DNA of 53,299 nucleotides from an uncultured Myxococcales bacterium (GTDB lineage Bacteria; Myxococcota_A; UBA9042; CAIXZC01): NCBI GenBank assembly GCA_964565265.1, contig CAZMEC010000001.1, positions 1 to 53,299 of the forward strand, read 5' to 3'. Shown piece by piece: positions 48,352 to 53,299 of this stretch (position 1 is its first letter; each line of letters starts with the position of its first letter). The notes under the pieces were generated by a model. It saw only the letters and a program-made list of their open reading frames with translations, ran no database searches and was not told where the DNA came from. The position numbers and the translations under genes were made by a program.

Positions 48352-48723
48352 ATGTCAAAAGTGCTGATCGTGGATGACGATCGAGACCTTGTGGAAGCCT
48401 GCGCACTGTACCTTGAGAAAGAAGGCTACGATGTGTACATGGCTCACAGCCGGCCGGATGGGATGAAGAAGGTCAAGGAGATCAACCCGGACCTGCTCAT
48501 TCTCGATGTCATGATGGACGAGGCGGACGACGGTATTGTCATGGCCCAGGACCTGCGCCGCGGCGGGTTTACCACGCCCATTCTCATGCTGACCTCGATC
48601 AGCAAGGTGACGGGCATGAAGTATGGCAAGGACAATGAGCTCATCCCTGTGAACGACTTCCAGGAGAAGCCCATTGAGCCCTCCAAGCTGCTGGCCAAGG
48701 TCAAGGAACTTCTGAAAAAATAG
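48352..48723 (+). CDS. Single-domain CheY-like response regulator
   Basis: AGGAG then ATG 48352. VLIVDDDRDL...DLLILDVMMDE...LTS...EKP are the receiver signature residues. No output domain. Confidence 0.85.
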   Translation: MSKVLIVDDDRDLVEACALYLEKEGYDVYMAHSRPDGMKKVKEINPDLLILDVMMDEADDGIVMAQDLRRGGFTTPILMLTSISKVTGMKYGKDNELIPVNDFQEKPIEPSKLLAKVKELLKK

Positions 48724-48736
48724 GGGAGGCATTTCA

Positions 48737-49258
48737 ATGCTGGTAACCGAAAGAGATCGTCTGAGACAGGAGATCCAGGACTGGGCCAAGGCACACGGCA
48801 ACGACCGCAGCGCCCTCATGCCCATCCTCCAGGAAATCCAGAAGCACTATTACCATGTGTCCGAGTTCGCCATGCAGGTCGTGGCCGATGTGCTCGGTAT
48901 CCACCCGGTGGAGGTCCAGGGCGTTGTGTCCTTCTACTCCTTCCTGGATACCACGCCCAAGGGCCGCTTCGTGGTTCGGCTCTGCCGCACCATCTCCTGC
49001 GACATGGCAGGCAAGGACCGCGTTGCCCGGCAGCTTGAAAACGATCTGGGCATCACCTTCGGCCAGACCACCGCTGACGGCCGCTTCACCCTCGAGTGGG
49101 CCGAATGCCTGGGCATGTGCGATCAGGGTCCCGCCCTGCTGGTGAACAGCCGGGTCTTCACCCGCGTCACCCCCGAGCGCGTGCACGAGATTCTGGCCGA
49201 GTGCCGCGGCGTCTTCGGCGTCCACGCGGCCGAAAACAAGGAGGTACGGCACTCATGA
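48737..49258 (+). CDS. hydC: NuoE-like [2Fe-2S] subunit of an NAD(P)-linked [FeFe] hydrogenase
   Basis: LMPILQEIQKHYYHVSEFAMQVVADVLGIHPVEVQGVVSFYSF...VRLCRTISCDMAG...ECLGMCDQGPALLVN is the NuoE/HndA signature with its 4 Cys. Confidence 0.85.
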   Translation: MLVTERDRLRQEIQDWAKAHGNDRSALMPILQEIQKHYYHVSEFAMQVVADVLGIHPVEVQGVVSFYSFLDTTPKGRFVVRLCRTISCDMAGKDRVARQLENDLGITFGQTTADGRFTLEWAECLGMCDQGPALLVNSRVFTRVTPERVHEILAECRGVFGVHAAENKEVRHS

Positions 49259-50442
49259 GCGCACCCAAAGGAAAGAAGCTGACCTACGCCAGCATCAACG
49301 CCGACCTCGGGCTGGACAAGGCCCTGGCCGGGACCCGCGTGGATGTCATCAGTGAACTTCGCGACTCCAACATGCGTGGTCGCGGCGGCGCCGGCTTCCC
49401 CACCCATGTGAAATGGAATCTGGCTGCGGCCGCCCAGGCCGACGAGAAGTTCGTGGTCTGCAACGCCGACGAGGGCGAGCCCGGCACCTTCAAGGATCGC
49501 GTCATCCTGGCCGAGTTCGCGGACCATGTCTTTGCGGGCATGACCATCGCGGGCTTCGTGCTCAAGGCCACCCGCGGCATCGTGTACCTGCGTGGCGAGT
49601 ACGCCTACCTGCGGGACCAGCTTGAGGCTGTGCTGGCCAAGCGCCGCGCCGCCAAACTGCTTGGCAAGAAGATCGGCAAGGCCAAGGGTTTCGAGTTCGA
49701 CATTGAGATCCGCATGGGCGCCGGCGCCTATGTCTGCGGCGAAGAGACCGCTCTCATCGAAAGCCTGGAGGGCCACCGCGGCGAGCCCCGCAACCGGCCT
49801 CCCTTCCCCGTGGACACCGGCTTCCTGTCCCGCCCCACCATTGTCAATAATGTAGAGACCTTCGCCAATGTGGCCTGCATCATGGCCAAGGGCGGCAAGT
49901 GGTTCGCGGCTCAGGGCACAGCCAAGTCGGCGGGCTTCAAGCTGTACTCCGTGTCCGGCGACTGCGACAACCCCGGCGTTTACGAGCTGCCCTGGGGCAT
50001 CACCGTGGCCGAGCTGCTGAAGACCGTGGGTGGCGAGAACGCCAAGGCCGTCCAGATCGGCGGCGCCTCCGGTCACTGCGTCCCCGCCTCCGAGTTCTCC
50101 CGGGCCATCGCCTTCGAGGACATCCCCACGGGCGGCTCCATCATCGTCTTCGGCCCAGGTCGGGACATGCTGAAGGTGGCCAAGAACTTCCTGCACTTCT
50201 TCGTGCATGAGTCCTGCGGTCAGTGCACCCCCTGCCGGGAAGGCAACGCCAAGTTGCTGGAGGGCGTGGAGTTGCTTCAGCAGGGTCGTTGCTCCATGGC
50301 CTACCTGCAGGAACTGTTGTCCCTGTCGGAGTCCATGCAGCTGGCGTCCAAGTGTGGCCTCGGCCAGTCCAGCCCCAACGCCTTCGTGTCCATCGTCAAG
50401 CACTTCCGCGACGAGGTCATGGGCCGGGTGGCTGGCGCGTAA
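49255..50442 (+). CDS. hydB: NuoF-like flavoprotein subunit (FMN/NAD(P)H, one 4Fe-4S), minimal form
   Basis: ATGA overlap with hydC. MRGRGGAGFPTHVKWN, VCNADEGEPGTFKDR and ESCGQCTPCREG...KCGLGQ. About 395 aa with no extra ferredoxin-type CxxCxxCxxxCP motifs. Confidence 0.85.
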   Translation: MSAPKGKKLTYASINADLGLDKALAGTRVDVISELRDSNMRGRGGAGFPTHVKWNLAAAAQADEKFVVCNADEGEPGTFKDRVILAEFADHVFAGMTIAGFVLKATRGIVYLRGEYAYLRDQLEAVLAKRRAAKLLGKKIGKAKGFEFDIEIRMGAGAYVCGEETALIESLEGHRGEPRNRPPFPVDTGFLSRPTIVNNVETFANVACIMAKGGKWFAAQGTAKSAGFKLYSVSGDCDNPGVYELPWGITVAELLKTVGGENAKAVQIGGASGHCVPASEFSRAIAFEDIPTGGSIIVFGPGRDMLKVAKNFLHFFVHESCGQCTPCREGNAKLLEGVELLQQGRCSMAYLQELLSLSESMQLASKCGLGQSSPNAFVSIVKHFRDEVMGRVAGA

Positions 50443-50470
50443 CGCTAAGGAACTCCAAGGAGAAAAGAAT

Positions 50471-52390
50471 ATGGCAAGTAAGATTGGCGAGAAAGACAAC
50501 AGAGCCCCCACCAGCACCCGGGTCATGAAGCCCGTACTGGAGAACGACGGCATTGGTTCTCAGGTGAAGATCACCGTGGACGGCACCGACCTCCATGTGC
50601 CCCTGGGCACCACGATCCTTGAGGCCGCCGCCAAGGTGGGCGTGAAGATTCCCACCCTGTGCTACCACAAGGATCTGTGCATTGCCGGCGTGTGCCGCGT
50701 GTGCGTGGTGGAAGTGGAAGGGTACCGGACCCTCCAGGCCGCCTGTGCCTTCCCCATCACCGCCCCCCTGAACATCAAGACCCACACCCCCAAGGTGCGC
50801 AAGGCCCGCAGGCACATCATTGACCTGCTGCTCTCCAAGCACTACGGCGAGTGCTATTCCTGCAACCGCAACGCCAACTGCGAACTCCGCGAGTTGGCCA
50901 AGGAGTACGGCGTGGACAGCTTCCGCTTTGGCCACCCCGACAAGCCCATGGTGGAGAAGGACCTGTCCTCCTACTCCGTGTGGCGCGACATGAACAAGTG
51001 CGTCCTCTGCCGCCGCTGCGTGCGCACCTGCATCGACCTGCAGGAAGTGGGTTGCCTGGATGTGCTGGACCGCAGCGACAAGAGCCGTGTCTCCACCTTC
51101 GGCGAGAAGCCCCTGGCGGATGTGGTCTGCATCAACTGCGGCCAGTGCATCAACCGCTGCCCCACCGGTGCCCTCCAGGCCAACGACGCCACGGATGACA
51201 TCTGGGCCGCCATCGACGACCCCACCAAGCATGTCATCATGCAGACGGCGCCCAGCCCCCGCGCGGCCATCGCCGAGGTCTTCGGCATGCCCGCCGGTAC
51301 CCCCATGACCTACCAGCTCAACGCCGCCCTCAAGCAGGCCGGGTTTGCCAAGGTCTTCGACACCAACTTCACCGCCGACCTCACCATCATTGAGGAAGGC
51401 ACCGAACTTCTGCAGCGTCTCCACGGCGCCCTGGTCAAGAAGGACGCTGAGGTCAAGCTGCCCCAGTTCACCTCCTGCAGCCCCGGCTGGGTCAAGTACA
51501 TCGAACACTTCTACCCCGAGATGCTGGGCCACCTGTCCTCCGCCAAGAGCCCCCAGCAGATGTTCGGCGCCCTCATCAAGACCTTCTACGCGCAGCAGTC
51601 TGGCATTGATCCCAAGGACATCGTCAGCGTGGCCCTCATGCCCTGCAGCGCCAAGAAGTTCGAGTGCAACCGCAGCGAAATGAACGCCAGCGGCTACAAG
51701 GATGTGGACTACGGCCTGACCACCCGCGAGATGGGCAAGATGCTCAAGGAAGCGGGCATCGATCTGGCCTCCATGCCCAAGGCTCCCTTCGATGAACCCT
51801 TCGGTCCCGCGACCGGCTCGGGCGTCATCTTCGGCGCCACCGGCGGCGTGATGGAAGCCGCCCTTCGTACCGTGATCGAGTTGGTGGTTGGCGTGAAGGT
51901 GGAGGACCTCTTCAAGCACGCTGACATCATTCCGGTCCGCGGCTTCGAGGGCATCCGCTATGTGGAGATCAAGGTCCCCAAGGTGGCCAAGGTCCCCGCT
52001 CTGCTGAAGGCCCACTTCAAGAGCTTCGACTTCCTCAACGGCGCCACCCTCAAGGTCGCCGTGGCCCACGGCACGGCCAATGCCAAGCGCGTCCTGGACG
52101 ACATCAAGGCCGGCGGCAAGTTCAGCGAGTGCCACTTCATTGAGTTCATGGCCTGCCCCGGTGGCTGCCTCGGTGGTGGTGGTCAGCCCATCCCCACGAC
52201 CCCGGAGATCCGCGCTGCCCGCGCCAAGGCCATCTACGCCGAGGACCGCAGCTACGACATCCGCAAGTCCCACGAGAACCCCGCCGTCACCATGATGTAC
52301 GAGAAGTTCCTCACGGACGGTCCCTGCGGCCACAAGGCGCACCATCTGCTGCACACTCACTACACGCCCCGCGGCAAGTACATCATCTAG
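50471..52390 (+). CDS. hydA: [FeFe] hydrogenase catalytic subunit (M3-type N-terminal clusters plus H-domain plus small-subunit-like C-terminus)
   Basis: AAGGAG then ATG 50471. N-terminal 2Fe-2S (CYHKDLCIAGVCRVC). CVLCRRCVRTC and CINCGQCINRCP. H-cluster motifs FTSCSPGW (variant L1), MPCSAKKFE (L2) and EFMACPGGCLGGGGQP (L3). Confidence 0.9.
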   Translation: MASKIGEKDNRAPTSTRVMKPVLENDGIGSQVKITVDGTDLHVPLGTTILEAAAKVGVKIPTLCYHKDLCIAGVCRVCVVEVEGYRTLQAACAFPITAPLNIKTHTPKVRKARRHIIDLLLSKHYGECYSCNRNANCELRELAKEYGVDSFRFGHPDKPMVEKDLSSYSVWRDMNKCVLCRRCVRTCIDLQEVGCLDVLDRSDKSRVSTFGEKPLADVVCINCGQCINRCPTGALQANDATDDIWAAIDDPTKHVIMQTAPSPRAAIAEVFGMPAGTPMTYQLNAALKQAGFAKVFDTNFTADLTIIEEGTELLQRLHGALVKKDAEVKLPQFTSCSPGWVKYIEHFYPEMLGHLSSAKSPQQMFGALIKTFYAQQSGIDPKDIVSVALMPCSAKKFECNRSEMNASGYKDVDYGLTTREMGKMLKEAGIDLASMPKAPFDEPFGPATGSGVIFGATGGVMEAALRTVIELVVGVKVEDLFKHADIIPVRGFEGIRYVEIKVPKVAKVPALLKAHFKSFDFLNGATLKVAVAHGTANAKRVLDDIKAGGKFSECHFIEFMACPGGCLGGGGQPIPTTPEIRAARAKAIYAEDRSYDIRKSHENPAVTMMYEKFLTDGPCGHKAHHLLHTHYTPRGKYII

Positions 52391-52399
52391 TCCACTGCC

Positions 52400-53224
52400 A
52401 TGCCCAATGTCCTGCTGAAGCCCTACAAGACGCCCTCCCCGTGGAGGCGTCTTGCGGTGGCCGACTGGCGCCCCTCGAGGGATCCCCAGGTCTATGCCCG
52501 AGTCGAGCTGAACATGACCCAGGCCCTGGCCTGGCTGGAGGTTCGGAGGTCCGAAGGTCACAGGGTCACGCCCACCCATCTGGTGGTCTACGCCCTGGCC
52601 AAGGCTCTGCGCGAACACCCCTCCGCCAATGGCCTCATCGTCCGCGGCAAGGTCCGCCTTCGGCAGGCGGTGGACATCTTCTGTCAGGTGGGCCTCGAGG
52701 GTGCCCAACCAGACCTCACGGGCCTGGTCATCCGCGACGCGGACACCAAGACCCCCATGGAAATTGCGGCCGAGTTGGGTACCCGGGCCGCCGCTCTGAA
52801 GAGTGGCAAGCCGGAGCTCAAGGCCGATCGAAACTTCGAGGGTTCGAGGAAACTGATGAACCTCGTACCGTCATTTTTTCTGCGACCTGCGCTCCGGGTC
52901 GTAGATTTTTTTACCTACATCTTGAACCTCAATCTCGGGGCCCTCGGCATCCCCCGGGATCCCTTTGGATCGGCCATGGTGACCAGCATTGGATCCCTGG
53001 GAATAGATGAGGCCTGGCCGCCCCTGCCTCCACTGTCCAGGGCCGCCATAATACTCGCTGTGGGCAAGGTTCAGCAGCGCGCTGTGGTGATCGATTCAGC
53101 GGTCGTTGCAGCCCCCATGATGACCGTCTGCGTGTGCTTCGATCATCGCCTCATGGATGGCATTCTTGCGGGCAAAATGGCGCGGGTTTTTTCCGCCGTT
53201 TTTGAAAATCCTTCGGCCATCTGA
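52400..53224 (+). CDS. 2-oxoacid dehydrogenase acyltransferase catalytic-domain protein (no lipoyl domain)
   Basis: C-terminal VCVCFDHRLMDGILAGKMARVF carries the DHRxxDG catalytic motif. About 274 aa, the length of a catalytic domain only. Confidence 0.65.
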   Translation: MPNVLLKPYKTPSPWRRLAVADWRPSRDPQVYARVELNMTQALAWLEVRRSEGHRVTPTHLVVYALAKALREHPSANGLIVRGKVRLRQAVDIFCQVGLEGAQPDLTGLVIRDADTKTPMEIAAELGTRAAALKSGKPELKADRNFEGSRKLMNLVPSFFLRPALRVVDFFTYILNLNLGALGIPRDPFGSAMVTSIGSLGIDEAWPPLPPLSRAAIILAVGKVQQRAVVIDSAVVAAPMMTVCVCFDHRLMDGILAGKMARVFSAVFENPSAI

Positions 53225-53234
53225 AAAAAGCAAT

Positions 53235-53262
53235 TTGTCAAGTCAACGCAAGCTCTTATAAT
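53235..53262 (+). promoter_or_regulatory. Near-consensus sigma70 promoter (TTGTCA-N16-TATAAT) for a gene starting at 53293
   Basis: TTGTCA at 53235-53240 and TATAAT at 53257-53262 in an AT-rich patch. GGAG at 53281-53284 and ATG at 53293-53295 follow, after which the window ends. Confidence 0.45.
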
Positions 53263-53299
53263 CGCGTTCAAACCCACAGAGGAGAACTCTCCATGGCCA

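Noticed and set aside
46103-48406. 767-aa ORF on the minus strand
   Set aside because: Antisense shadow of the Cys-repeat/FGE lipoprotein gene. The Ala/Gly/Val-rich product has no start signal.
50417-52708. 763-aa ORF on the minus strand
   Set aside because: Antisense shadow of hydA and the acyltransferase gene. The plus strand carries unmistakable hydrogenase motifs.

Overview
High-GC bacterial chromosomal window. G+C was judged by eye at roughly two-thirds and was not computed. The protein repertoire looks Myxococcota-like: Myxococcus-type Cys-rich repeats, a PEGA domain and many lipoproteins. I support about 36 protein genes and found no rRNA, tRNA or CRISPR.

Gene content in order:
- 1-7.3 kb: exported or membrane proteins (GyrA-CTD-like repeat protein, PEGA protein, Kelch-like lipoprotein, DUF2723/TPR membrane protein).
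- 7.3-11 kb, minus strand: cutA, serC, a serA-like gene and DUF1015.
- 11.7-16 kb: a translationally coupled operon of FGE-like lipoprotein, TPR/barrel protein, rhodanese, MauE and DsbA-like protein.
- 16-40.1 kb: a 24-kb co-directional minus-strand array (detailed below).
- 40.3-46 kb: a small accessory islet marked by three copies of a hairpin repeat. It holds a DUF4160 plus DUF2442-HTH pair, an HTH plus nucleotidyltransferase-fold pair, an ORF6N-like gene remnant and a CarboxypepD_reg-repeat protein.
- 46.1-48.2 kb: a second FGE-like Cys-rich lipoprotein.
- 48.3-53.2 kb: a CheY-like regulator, a NuoE-like/NuoF-like/[FeFe]-hydrogenase operon and an acyltransferase.

Main candidate for a novel system (22.7-40.1 kb):
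- The operon is Cys-rich lipoprotein, then a fused TcB-TcC (SpvB / FG-GAP / RHS cocoon) protein, then a 2013-aa lipoprotein whose C-terminal third looks like a TcA pore plus TcB-binding module, then two more secreted proteins.
- All five carry export signals.
- Three of them share a 6-Cys repeat module.
- The RHS protein carries an orphan 197-aa cargo with no immunity gene.
- Directly downstream are a double histidine kinase with a NarL-type regulator and a giant Gly-rich secreted protein.

All domain calls come from motif recognition by eye. None has been confirmed by a search.
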